Shown: in pieces, positions 48,578 through 61,382 of the stretch
Layout: every line of letters starts with the position of its first letter
Numbering within the stretch: position 1 is the stretch's first letter
Assembly (NCBI RefSeq): GCF_041146345.1
Contig: NW_027191405.1
Span: 310,001 to 374,000, forward strand
Reading direction: 5' to 3'
Origin: Neodothiora populina
Taxonomy: Eukaryota
Length of the DNA stretch: 64,000 nucleotides
The notes under the pieces: model-generated
Told to the model about the DNA's origin: nothing
What the model saw: the letters and a program-made list of their open reading frames with translations, nothing else
Databases searched by the model: none
Made by a program: the position numbers and the translations under genes

Positions 48578-49606
48578 ATGGTCAAGGTCTCTACCCTATT
48601 CGTACTTGGCGGCTTGGCTGCCGTGGATGCCTACTCCTTCCCATCCTCTGTTAGCGAGATCTCTGCTTCATTGAAGAGTGCTCTTGATGCCGTACCCAAC
48701 GCACTCGTGCGAAGGAGCGGCGGCAATAGCTGCCCCGCAGTCTGGACCACAATCTCCTCCCAATTGGCACCTCTCTTCTTGGGCTCTGACGGTCAATGCA
48801 CCGATCTAGCTAGAGCAGCCATCAGATTCGCATTCCACGATGCTGGCACTTATTCTATTAATCTGCCTGCCTATGGTCCTGCCTCAGGTGGTGCAGATGC
48901 ATCCCTTCTGCTCAGCGCCGATGAGATCGACCGTCCCGAGAATGGTGGCCTCGGCCCATATTACTCTTGGCTCCAGGGCTTTTACTCGTCCTACTCCAGC
49001 CAGATCTCGGCCGCAGATCTGATTCAGTTCGCAGCTAGCCATGCAATCATCACCTGCCCTGGTGGTCCCAAGGTCAAGACCGTTGTTGGTAGGACTGATA
49101 CCACCACTGCTAGCCCTGATGGTCTTCTGCCAGCGGGTTTCGGACCAAACTCTTCTCACGACGTCCTTCATGCGCTGTTCCAGTCGAAAGGCTTCAGCGC
49201 CAAGGATCTCGCCGCTTTCTTGGGTGCTCACAGCACGTCCAAGGCATTTGCTCAGCAGGCAAACGGTATTCCGTCTGGCGCAGCGCAGGACAGCACGCCC
49301 GGAAAGTGGGACATCAACTACTATGCCGAGACCATCACTCCACCCACTAGGTCTACTATCTACCGATTCCCATCGGACGTGAACCTCAGTAACGCAAGCA
49401 CCACCGTCGGTAAGGAATTCAGGGGCTTCGTTGGTAACCAGGGCAAGTGGACTTCCGCCTTTGCAGATGCCATGTACAGAATGAGTGTTCTCGGTATCCC
49501 AGCCGCTACTAGCAAGAACTTCATTGACTGCACTAATGTCCTGCCCAAGGGCACCTCTTCGAAGAGAGATATTCGTGCGGCACCCATCAATGATCGTGCT
49601 CGATGA
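48578..49606 (+). CDS. Secreted class II heme peroxidase-like protein (CAZy AA2, generic type) 2, intronless
   Basis: Signal peptide + LVRR; ARAAIRFAFHDAG, GGADASL, RPENGGL, ADLIQFAA, CPGGP, LGAHS, DSTPG, FPSD; TATA-like CTATAAA ~48425. Confidence 0.93.
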   Translation: MVKVSTLFVLGGLAAVDAYSFPSSVSEISASLKSALDAVPNALVRRSGGNSCPAVWTTISSQLAPLFLGSDGQCTDLARAAIRFAFHDAGTYSINLPAYGPASGGADASLLLSADEIDRPENGGLGPYYSWLQGFYSSYSSQISAADLIQFAASHAIITCPGGPKVKTVVGRTDTTTASPDGLLPAGFGPNSSHDVLHALFQSKGFSAKDLAAFLGAHSTSKAFAQQANGIPSGAAQDSTPGKWDINYYAETITPPTRSTIYRFPSDVNLSNASTTVGKEFRGFVGNQGKWTSAFADAMYRMSVLGIPAATSKNFIDCTNVLPKGTSSKRDIRAAPINDRAR

Positions 49607-50523
49607 TTGTGCTTTGGTGGTTCTAATTCAGGGCTTGGTTGCTTGGGATGGCGTTGGGGGCAAAACTCATCTGGGAGAAGGAGGCCGTTGAATACCATAC
49701 CGTTTTTCATTTGCTTATACTCAATGAGTGACTTTCTTCCTCTACTCCGATCCCATGCTTTTTACCTGATGTGGATCCGCAGTGACATTGATTTGACTGG
49801 GTAGGTAGATACCATTTAAGCGGCCTTCCGAACATGTCTTGGCAAATGTGGGATAGTGCCTCCCTTGCCTTACCCCATTTTCCCAGACTCTATGGTTCAT
49901 CTGTCACACTTTGACAAAGCACTCGATTCATGTAAGAGCAACATCAATATATAGGCAGTATATTTCCAAATGCCGAGAGGTATTATTACCCAACGAAGAG
50001 TCAATACTGTGCTGCTTCGCTTATACGCTTACCACAGATGATTACTGGGTCTGTTGCGGTTGGAAGACAGCTTCAAGATACAATGCTGCCTCCGATAAAG
50101 ATAAGAGAGGGCTCAATCAGGGGCGGCGATAGATGTCTGGCCGCCTTATCTCTGCACACCAATCGGACATCAGACCCAATTTCCGCAATCATTGTAGACT
50201 CAGTTCCGGCTCTCCCTATCCGTGCTAAGTCTCTCCATGTCACAGTGCAGGCACCAAGTATTGCATAGGTAGCGTGGGACTGCTGTATAACATGAACTCG
50301 AAGCATATTTAGGAACCCATGGATATATGTTGTAGCGGACTGGCACTTCTTTGCTGATCCTCTTATCATATAGACAGTTGAAGATGAGACTAATCGACGA
50401 GAGCTCCTCTCAATACTAAGCTGTGCATACCCCGACCCCACTACCCCATATCAGCAGATAAGGAGCATATTAACACTGTGCTCCTTGACTCTATGCTCCT
50501 CAGGTCCCAGTTTGTCATTCGAT

Positions 50524-52751
50524 ATGTCACCTCATGCTCGATCAGCAATGGCGAATCAGCAGGAGAGTCATGCCAGAGAGATACGATCGTTGCAGCCGTT
50601 CCAGTGTGCAATTTGTAAATCTAGATTTACTCGGCATGTGAGTAGCTAATGTCTGTGCATATGTCCAAGGTAGCTTAGTCTGATGGTAGTAGGAGAATCT
50701 CAAGAGGCATTCTTTGTTACACACATCTCGGGATGATACGAAGTTTCCATGTTGCCATTGCACTAAAGTCTTTACTCGACGAGATCTAAGGAAACGCCAT
50801 GTCAGAAATCAACATCCTGGTGCTGAGGTTGGATCCGATGACACTCCGTTGAACATAAAGACTGGCTCCAGTCAGTCTAGGCGCCGCTCAAGTAACATAC
50901 GATCAGTTCCCTTGTCATCAACTTTCGACATACCCAGCATCAGGAGTGCTCAGGATTCCGATTCTGCAGACTCGGGTTCCATGCTTAAGACCTGGAATGC
51001 AACTTTACCAGACGTCAGTTACGATATCAGCACGCAGGCCGATCCGGAACCAGTTATCGTTCATGTTCCATCAGGGTTGAGTATTGGCGCTTTAATATCG
51101 GACCATTCATCAAGTGAGCCGACTGAGATAAGTCATGGTAGAGCAGCACCCTTCGGCATCGAATCCTACTTTCGCTGATACTGAGGATAGATGCCCTCAA
51201 CTTCCAACCATTCAATATTGTAACCCCTCCATCACCTGTTTCCACAATTTCAGAGGTTTCTTCCGATAAATCTGAAGTGGCGATCTCGTCCCAGATGTTA
51301 TCGCGTGGTATAGATCTGTACTTCCAACACATCTCGCCGTTCTTTCCTTGCATTCATCAGTCGTCCTTTGATCCTACTACAGTACCCGAAGCTCTCCTTA
51401 TGGGTATGCTGAGCATCAGTATGCAGTTCAGTCCGAACGAAGACTCCAGGGTCTCGACATATGCCTTCCACCGCGGACGACACATATTGAGTGACATGGA
51501 GACCTCAGAGGAGCCGTTTTCGGCGCTAAATCTGCACATTGTCCAGGCTCATCTCCTGCTAGAACTTCATGCTTTATTGTGTTCTGGAGGTTGGAACAGT
51601 GCTTATGGCTTGAGAATGCACAACAAGTCAGTCGAGGTTGGTCCTACCACAAGCATCAACAGTGGATCCTGACTGATCATGTAGCTCGCTAGGAGGGGTG
51701 GGTTGATGGAGCCATACCCAACACAACCAGGGGCCACAGGTGACTTGGACGACTTGTGGAGACAGTTTATCGGCGCGGAAAGCCATAAAAGGTACGTTAA
51801 CAGCACCTTTTCGATGGATTGAAGGCCGACGAATGCCTCCAGGACACTGTATGCTGTTCATCAGCTGGACGTATACTGGTATCATGTGCTTTCCCTGCCT
51901 CGAATTCTTTCCCACCTCGAGATCAAACACGATTTGCCATGTGCCGAGGAGATGTGGTTGTGCAGAACATCTACCGAATGGGCACATCGAGCGCTAGTCA
52001 ACAACACGAACAAGTCTCCGAGACAATATCTCGCAACTGTCCGGGAGTGCCTCGCAGGCACATCTACATTCGACGCCTCCACTTTAGACTCCTATGGAGC
52101 CTTGGCAGTCATCCTCTTTCTCTCGAGTAGTGTCAGAGAAGCATCCGGATGGTCAACGATGACCGGTCGACCGTGTTTCGAACGTTTCGAGGCACTCCGG
52201 GCGAGCCTGACGATGTTTGAGCCGCTCATGGAAAGCGATCACAATGGCGAGCCGATGAGTCTCCTCATGCAAGCGACCTGGCATATGTCTATGATCGAGC
52301 TTCACTTCTGGTCAGCTTCGCACATCAACGGGGTTGTCGAAGGCAGTCTGGATGCCGCACTCGCAGCAGCGTAAGTCACAGCCTATAATGGTTCCAGGCA
52401 AACGCACTAACATCGGTGCTTAGCACACACCTGAGCATCTCTGACGCCATCTGCTCGTCGCCGGATGTAGTAACCTCGCTCGAGCCCCATATCAACTTCT
52501 ATCTGCAACATCTCGATCGACGAGCGATCCTCTACGACGAAGCGCCGTGGGTCACGATCTTCGCCTTCAAAGTGGCACTTATCGCGTGGCAATTAGTCAG
52601 GGCTGGATTCCAAGAGACAATGGCGATTCCGTGGATCAGTGACGAGAAGGGTATGTATGACTGGATCAAGACAGTATTCACGCGTAGGTCACATTGGTGT
52701 ATTGGACAGCTTGCGGTAAAGAGTTTAGGGGAGTTACTTGTAAGATTGTAG
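50524..52751 (+). CDS. C2H2 zinc-finger transcription factor with fungal-specific TF domain (multi-exon)
   Basis: FQCAICKSRFTRH|ENLKRHSLLH and FPCCHCTKVFTRRDLRKRHVRNQH; LYFQHISPFFPCIH, ESHKR|TLY, DLPCAEEMW. Confidence 0.88.
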
Positions 52752-53232
52752 CTTGAAGATTGGTACGATAAAGAGAAATATTCTTCTCGTAGGCGATTGA
52801 CGGTTCTACTTCGGATGCCACTGGCTAAGAGTGGTCAGGTAATCAGTCAGGTTGACTCTGATATAGTCCTTGCCTGGGATGGTCAGAAAAGGCCAAAGGC
52901 TTTGATGTATTTATCACGCACGTCAAAGTATACTTACGGAATCAGACACATCGTGCGAGTGAGGCGTCGTTGTGGCTCGAGCAAACAAGTACTTTAAGGC
53001 AGTGGACAGAACCAAGTGAGGGAGTTTAAGCACTAATGAAGTACAAGAGCGAAGAGAAAGTCGTAATTCGATAAGCGTAACAAGTTATTGTTCATACATT
53101 TGTAAATGTCAAAGAATTTCCATATTTCTCTCATGAAAGTCAGTGGCGCAAGTACCATGGAAGGTGGCACTATCCACTTTCTACTCTTTGCCCCCCGAGC
53201 TTTACAACTTTAAAGAAGAAGTCCGACCTGCC

Positions 53233-54962
53233 TCAGAGGCCTTCGTACCTCCAACCCATATCCACTTGCTGCTGGGTGATGCCGAACCTCATGGCCTTGA
53301 GAGCGTCCTCTCCGCCGTTATCAAGTCTCTTGTTCTCCCGAGAGACATGGAGGCGGTAACAGATAATAGTGATCAAGAAGATCAATGCAGCAGCGAAAAG
53401 GGCCCCAAAAGCAGGATAGTAGTGAGGAGCTCCGATGAACAGATACGACATCCATATATTGGAAATGCCGCCTATGGCATTCGTCATGGCGACCGCAGCG
53501 GCTCTTTTCGCAACTGGGCGTGGGAGGTGTTGACTGATGATTTTGTAGAGCATGAGCTGAGGTCCGACGGAGGAAAATGGCATGATCATCATGGCGGTAT
53601 AACGTGCTCCCGTATTGAGGGTCGAGAGAGCGATGATGTACGTGCAGCAGGCGATGCAGATGCATACAACGATTACGCGGAACATGTTGTTGGTCCGATC
53701 GGAATACCATGTGATGCCATAATAGACGAAGCCGGCAAGTACTATAGACAGTCAGTCGGTCGAGGAAGTGCTGACAATATGGGGAGGCGAGGGTCTTACC
53801 GTATGGCGGAGCAGTCAACAAAAGGGTTTCGTACTTTCCATACCCAAGGGTATTGACGATGGAGGGAAAGAAATTGGCAATGGATCCTTGAACCTGAGAC
53901 ATCATGTTCATAAAGATTATCACGTAAAGTTTTGGATCCTTGAGACCTATAAGAAAACCTTTCCATGCACCGATGTTCTCGTTGGCTTCTGTGGCACCGG
54001 CTTCTTTTTCCAATCTCCACACAGCCAGATCACGCTCGATAGGCTTCAGCATGCGAGCATTGTAAGGATACTCGGGAAGAAAGAAGATGCAGAGAAGACC
54101 GATGCCAACGGTAGCAGTTCCCTCACTATTCTTATGTTAGGATGTGTACCCATCGATGGGAACAGTGTGCTTACACGATGAACAGCCATCGCCAGCCGGC
54201 AATACCATGAACACCATCAAGCTTGAGAACTCCGGCAGCGATCAAACCACCGAAGGCATTTCTGCAGCGTTTCAGTGATACCCTCGATTTGTAGACGACC
54301 TTGACTCACCCGACTTGCTGGGGGATGTATAGGCCGGCGAATCTCTTGCCGAGCTCCTGCTTGGTGTACCACGCTGAGAGCAGGTAGATCACTCCAGGGA
54401 AGAATACCGCCTCGACAATACCGAGAATAACTCGAACAGCAAGAAGAGCTTGATAGGACTGAACTGCCGCAGTGGCTGCAGAGATGGCTCCCCAGATGAC
54501 GGTGGCGGTACAGATGTAAGCCCCCGGTCTTGTGATCTTGGAAATAATCACATTTGACGGAATCTGAAAGGGCAGGTAGCCGACAAAGAGGATCGATACG
54601 GCAGTAGCGAATTGCTGCGTGTTCATGTCGAGGTCTTCCATCAACCCTTGTAATTTGGCAGCTGCCAAGTTTTGTCGGTCGATATCTTGATCCGGTCAGC
54701 ACATTTCAACTTGAGTTTGCATTATAAGAAAGATACAATTCAGGATATAGAGGATGCCGATTATAGGCATGATCGTGAGGTCAGCTTTGCGCTTCAAGCT
54801 CTTTTCAATGGTCTTGAGCTCTTCCTCGGACAAATCTTGGAGACTTTGAGGCAAGGATATGTACTGAGTCTCGCCAATGCCATATGACTCCACGGGAGCG
54901 ATGGCCACGTCCTTGGTATCGGATCGATCACTCTTGGAAGAGACATGCTGCAAGCTTGCCAT
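53233..54962 (-). CDS. MFS transporter, anion:cation symporter (Dal5/allantoate/tartrate-type), multi-exon
   Basis: KRKADLTIMP, DRQNLAAAKL, SILFVGY..FQIPSN, EAVFFPG, WYTKQELGKR, AGWRWLFI, LTAPPY. Confidence 0.93.
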
Positions 54963-55810
54963 CTCGAAGAATTGGGAATCGAAGGTATAAGCAACGCAGT
55001 ATCGATCTCTAGACGATCCAAGGAGTTCCGTTCGACCATTTATACTCTGCAGTGAACCCATCTACCATAGAGAACGTAGGTAAGGACGACCACTATGAGC
55101 ACACAAACCAGGAGCCATGTATCTGCTAACGCGGAGGAGCTCATTCCGCGTACGTGGAGCTTTAGGTCCTTCATGTTTGAGCCTATGAGCGCCCTTTTTC
55201 GGTGGATTGTTCTATCTCACAGCGATAGGCACGATAGGCATATACTTTCCATCTTTGGCGATATGAACACATTCTTCTGTTACTCTCGCAGCCCTTTGGA
55301 GGACAACAGAGACTAACAATCACTATCAACAATTCGTATGAACTATCATCATGATGCTGATTTTCGAGGTGAAGTAGAATTGCCGCCGAGTGTGGTGTCC
55401 TGGCAGAGGTTGACAACGCGCTAGACGTGCGCACGCACCATGCGGTCTACAGACCTATCGTTCACTATGCTCCCCTCCGCCTACATAATCCGAGTCACAC
55501 TGATACCGATCACTGATGGAGAGCTTACCATACGAGGAATGAGGAACATCACAAGGCGGGGGCGTGCAGGTGACTGAGGGTTGTGTTGCTGCGGACAATG
55601 GGCTGTTGGTGAGGAGCTCCCCAAATATGCCACTAGTCTGTCACTAACAAGCGAGACTCAGGAGCAAATGGAAGCAATATCTATATATAATCCATGTAGT
55701 TGCAATGATCCAGCGCATACAGCAAGTAAAGTCGCATGCTCCTTCCATCTTGCAGGTCTGCAGCTCTGTATTCATAGACGATCTAGTTCGATTCCAAGAT
55801 CATTTCCAAT

Positions 55811-56790
55811 ATGGCTATCCAGACATACTCGAGTCATACAGCCCACACCACGCCCATTCAAAACCCACGTCTCCGACTGCTAAACGCACTCAGAAACAAT
55901 GAGCTGGCCTTGATGACATTTGTTGCTATACCATCTGTTCGACATGCTCAGATCGTCGCTCTCACCGGCCTAGATGTAAGCTTATATGTCGTTATCCACT
56001 TTACTGCTCGCTTCATACTCTGACATCCACAGGGTGTGATCATTGACTGTGAGCATGGTCACATCGGGGACGATTCCATGCACAATTCTGTCTCTGCTAT
56101 CTCAGCTCTTGGTGTATCGCCCATAATTCGAGTCCGTGGGCCTGCGCCGGATCTTCTGAAACGCGCACTGGATACAGGTGCACAGTATGTACAGGAGTGA
56201 ACTGCGGTACTATGTACACAACTGATTCGTCGCAGTGGTCTTATGGTCCCGATGATTAATACTGCAGACGAGGCACTATCAGTCGTCAACTACTCCAAAT
56301 TTCCCCCTCTGGGCCTTCGAGGTCAGGGCTCTGCCTTTCCAGCCATCGGACACGGCTTGACGACCCCGGAGTATATGAGATCTGCAAACGAGACTCTCCT
56401 CACGATTGTCCAGATCGAGACGAGGCAGGGCGTGGATAATGTTGATGAGATTGCTGCAGTCCCAGGTATCGGTATGTTCACGTGCTTGTTGATTCCTAAT
56501 ATGGACCATCCAATTGACCATCCACAGACTACTTATTCATCGGACCAAACGACCTTGCTCAGTCATTACTGGGATACACTCCTGCTCGAGGAGACGAGCC
56601 AGCCTTTGTAGACGCAGTCAACAGTATTGTCGCTGCTGCCAAAAGGCACGGGAAGTGGGTCGGTCGACTTGTGAATGATGGCCCCCTAGCAGTTGAAGCA
56701 TCTAAGACGTTCGACTCGGTCGCTATCACGGGTGACACCAAAGCTATCTCAAATTGGTACACTGCCCAGATTGCATGTGTACGTGGATAG
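55811..56790 (+). CDS. HpcH/HpaI-family class II pyruvate aldolase (4 exons)
   Basis: GLD|GVIIDCEHG, IIRV, KRALDTGA|HGLMVPM, FPPLGLRG, VQIET, DYLFIGPNDL. Confidence 0.93.
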
Positions 56791-57659
56791 ATTCAGAACG
56801 CACTTGAAACCTAGAATATATGCATCTTTCACGGCAACCTTTTGTCTTCACTCGATCATCATATGATCTCGTTTTCCCCCTTCCGAACTGTCCATCTGAG
56901 GGAACCAATATATATACATCGGCCCTTCGCTCTCGTGATAATACACACGAAGACGATAAATGCTTTGCCTGCATATTCAAGTGATCTTTGGCCTAATCAG
57001 TGAATGTTTAGAACCGAACTTAATTCTCCTCACCTACTGTGCTTCACTAGCGTCACTTTCCACAAACCATATGACTACGCTGACCTGTATGCCGGAAGGG
57101 ACCACCTGCAGTATCTTCATATACCAAGCGAACACGACATGAGCATAAGGTAGACACATTCGAAAGATGGAAGGTCAACGTTGTCTGTTTTTGGACAAGA
57201 GACCGCCAGCAAGAGATAGGGCACACGACAACGCGCCAGGACCCAGACATGCAAATGCATCTGTTGGGCCCCGACAGATCAAACTGAGGCAAACAGAACA
57301 TTATGTTCCTTCAACGAGCTCGAAAAGGTGTGCCGTACATGCCTGTCAGCTGGCGCACGTGTCATCACTCAATAGCAGCTTAACATGGCCTCCGATAGTG
57401 AGAATGCACGAGGGCTAAGGCTTCTCCTCGGCATGAGAGCTTCTATAGAGGAGCAAGTCAGACGCTACCCTGAAGCACCAGACTGCAAGTGTGCAGAGGA
57501 GGGTGAACGCGTGCCAGCACTGCTGGAACCGCGTGGCGAGTGCCCTCCCTCTCCATTCCCCATCACATCTCATAGTTACATATAACATGCTGATATGCTT
57601 CATGTAACTATATTTTGGATTCTATGATGTCGGAGAGGGGGAGAAGATCTGACCACGAG

Positions 57660-58170
57660 AGATATACCAGGCCGGGCTACTAGAAGATGTGTGGGTCAGT
57701 CCTACAGAGAAGAGACTTGATATTATATTGGCATTGACGGAGTGGTTAATCCCACGTCTTGTCTGCACGAAGTATGGTGGAGAACCTAGATTCGGGGGTA
57801 GCGAAGACTTTCATGCCGGGGTCTGCTTCTGGACTTTCCTTGGTTCTCAGACGCGAGCTATGGTTCCTATCCTGACTCGGCGAAATCGTTTTCGGGATAC
57901 GTTTGTCAACTACATGAAAGCACGACTTCATGGTCAGCCAAACGACAATCTTGTGTAGCGAAATCAACTTGCGAATCTGAACACATGGCATGCTCGCATG
58001 CTGCAAGCCACCTGATATGGATTTTGGAACGCGATACTCGAATTCAATCTCTGTTCGTCTACATTCACTCTTTTGACTGACAACCAACCTGCTCTCGCAT
58101 TGATTCACGACAAGAAGGTAAACACCAAGTCAAAGCACATCGCCGGTCACTACTCACCGCCTGTCATTAT
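57660..58170 (+). mobile_element. Degenerate Ty1/copia retrotransposon pol fragment (RT C-terminus + RNase H)
   Basis: Fragments across frameshifts: YQAGL..RLDIILAL; FSDASYGSYPDSAKSFSGYV..TTSWSAKRQSCVAKSTCESEHMACSHAASHLIW; TDNQPALALI..TKSKHIAGHY. These match the copia RNase H consensus SDAD..S.SGY..SW.SK.Q..VA.ST.EAEY.A..W..DNQ.A..KHI. Confidence 0.85.
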
Positions 58171-59452
58171 CCAGAGGATTCAGTCACGATATCTTATTTC
58201 GTCTTGCAACACCGCTATTGTGGTTCACTTGGCATCAGATAGTGAATGCACAGCAGGAAATCACCTAATAATGACAATCACAAGTTTTTGCGTTCAGGTC
58301 ATCGAGGTGATTCATCACAGCGGCATCACTGATCATGTTTAGTATATCAAAGTCAAAGCAGTCATTGGACCTGAGTTCATCCATGATTCTATGCTTGAGC
58401 AATACATTCAATCTCGACAACCGTGCCAGCCCCCGGCAAAGCTGCGGCAGCAACACAAGTCCTCGAAGGCGGATTCGGCGGAAGGAAATCAATATAAACC
58501 TCATTCATGGCCGCAAAGTCCTTCATATCCGCCAAGTAAACTAAAGCACGGCATCATGAGCTCCCCTCACATGAACATCAACCGAGCGAGCACAAAGGAG
58601 GGGAGGTTAATGGCATACCATTGTACTTGACGACCTTGTCCATGCTCGATCCCGCTAGTTCCAGCACTTTCGTCAGGTTCTCGAGGACGATCCGAGTGGC
58701 TTTTCGGATATCTGGATTCGCAGACGTTTGGCCTGCTACGAACACTAGTCCTGGAATCTTTACAGCGGGGCCTGCGAGAGGGTTAGCGAGATGTTACGTT
58801 CATCGCGGATGGGAAACACTCGCAGTTGTGTGGCTTTGGGGGGAACTCGGCAGAAGAGATGAGTTCTCGCGACATTATTTCGTTGTATAGCTGGTCTTTT
58901 GAGTGAATATACAGACTTTCGAACAGACAATGTTTTGTTGCTGGGCGTGTACGACAAGAGAGGATGGCATATCGTTAGCATAAGAAACCAGATTTATAGA
59001 TTAGTCTCATCATCACTTTTCGGCGGACCCTCCGCCTATCTTGATGGAATCTATGATTCAGACTGCATAGACCCATATTTGAGATTTCTGTGCTATGCGC
59101 ATTTAAGAGGTTGAGGTTGCGACCTGCACTTGGGAGCTCTTGGTTGAGAGGAGCTCCTCCCGGCTGCGTGCACGCCTGCCGATCCCATAGATAGATAAGA
59201 CACAGACTGGCTGAGCTCTCCATGGCACAATGGAATCCGGGGGATAACAGGGTGGAGCATGAGTATGCGCTGTAAACAGAATGGGCCACGAGGAGTTCGA
59301 ATCATTTTCGTCTTACTCTGCTGTAAGATATTATGGTACCACGTTTCTCGATAGTGTAGGATAAAGTGTATATAAGTCTTCATCCACCAAGAAATATATG
59401 ATCAATCAGCCATAGTTTGACCAAGCGAAGATCAACGATTCACTACTTCGAG

Positions 59453-60909
59453 ATGGCAAAATCAGCTCCGCTCTCAGCTCCGTTCGACCCTCCCTCCCCT
59501 AACCTCCCTGGGAAACCCCAGATCCCAGATTGGTAAGTGTCAGCTCGTCCAGCAAAGCACGTCCAGTGAAAGTCTACGCCGAAGACTACGTTTCGATTCG
59601 TTCTGCTGATCCAGCACATAGGATCCCGCCTCAAGCAACCAAAGAGAAACACAGTTTCGCCAAATTAGAGACCATAGACCTCTCGATGCTCGATGGCGAC
59701 CAAGAAAGGCAGGAGAAAGTAGTAGCAGACGTTAAAAGAGCTATTCGAGACGACGGATTTCTGTTCGTGGAAAACTATGGTATCACCCTTGAGCAGGTCC
59801 GTACAGAGACAATGCGATGACTTTTCCCGTCGCTGATAGTCAGTAGCTTCATCGTCAATTCTCTTTGGCCAATTACCTGCACCAAAACATATCCGAGGAG
59901 GACAAAGAAAGACTTCTTTTCCATCCCGAGACTGGTCGATGGGCTGGTTGGAAGCATGAGTATGGCTTCAAGCACCACAGGGGACAGAAAGATGGCATCA
60001 ACCAATTCAATTGGTATAAGGAGCAATGGGAGAACGATGATCTCCTACCCAAGTGTATCCTTCCGGTGATGGACGAAATCCGCGCCTTTTCCGAGGTAAG
60101 AAATACGCTGATAGCTAGGCCAAGGACTTCTCTACTCACTGGCCAGTAGTACTTGACCAACTCGGTGAATCGTCGATTGCTCACGTTGTTCTCTCGTGTG
60201 CTTGAGCTTCCGGATGACTGGCTCTGGGATAATGTCCAGTCCCACGGTTCGCCTTCTGGTGAAGGCTATCTTCGTCATGCTATTTTCAGACCCGTGGACC
60301 AGGCGACTCTGGGAATGTCCAAGAACATCCGCATGCATGGTCACACCGATTTCGGTCTCACCACTCTCCTTTTTTCTGTGCCCATTTCCTGTCTTCAGAT
60401 CTGGGGCAGAGATGAACAATGGCACTATGCTCCTTATCGGCCCGGTGCTCTAGTCATCAACATTGGTGATACGCTTGAAATCATTTCCGGCGGCCACTTT
60501 AAAGCTACTAGACACCGCGTCTTCTCCCCTCCAGCTGACCAAGCACATGAGGAGCGATTATCCATTGTTCAATTCCAGTCGAGTGTCGGTGATCTTCGCA
60601 TGGCCCCTGCTATTGAATCTCCTCTCATCCAGAGAGAAGGCTGTGTCGAAGAGCAAGGAGTCTACAAAGAACTCGTACGAGTGATGAAACTTGGTGTTCC
60701 GGTATATTTGTTCTCTCCTCTTTCCAACAATGTATACTTACGATGTGCAGGCCCCAACGAACAAGCAGTGGCGCGAGATCCAGATCGCCGAGTCCACCGA
60801 TCCTACCGATGACATTCGGAATAGGATTGGTGCCGATCAGGTGTATATCGAGGGCAAGCTAATGCAACAAAGGGAGTACTTGGGTGTCAAGGTTCTTTTA
60901 CCTGTATGA
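59453..60909 (+). CDS. 2-oxoglutarate/Fe(II)-dependent dioxygenase (IPNS/DIOX-like), 5 exons
   Basis: LETIDLS, DGFLFVENYGI, HTD..H facial triad (GHTDFGLTTLLF..ATRHRV), RLS 2OG-binding motif, ALVINIGD. Confidence 0.92.
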
Positions 60910-61382
60910 TTGCGAAAACACATTCCAGCCTCATTCATGTATGTAGTCACCGTACTGCATGCTGCCAGCCCGGGAAGAGATCATCGGCTGTCTTGAAGAG
61001 ACTAGATGATGGCACAGAGGGGGAACCTGATGATGTAAGGCTTACCGCAACGTCGGTTTGTATACCTAGCCATTGACGAACATAAGGTATGGTGATACAT
61101 GATTCAAATTTATGATAAGAAGCGTTGCAGACAGTGTTGTTGTTGGTGGAGACTTGGAGCTTTCCCCAGTCTTGGCAGGACATCACCCCGTCACTGCCAT
61201 GCCCGCAATAAGAAGGTCAATTCCAGTATCAAAGGCGAATCGAGGAACAAACTCCCATGTTGCCTTTTATCTTTGGTTCTGTCATATCCTCTGCCAAAAT
61301 AGCAGGACGACGAGTGCCAAGAGTGTCATATAGATCACCAAGTACATACTCTTTCCAATCGAACAATCGATTCTTATCAGCA

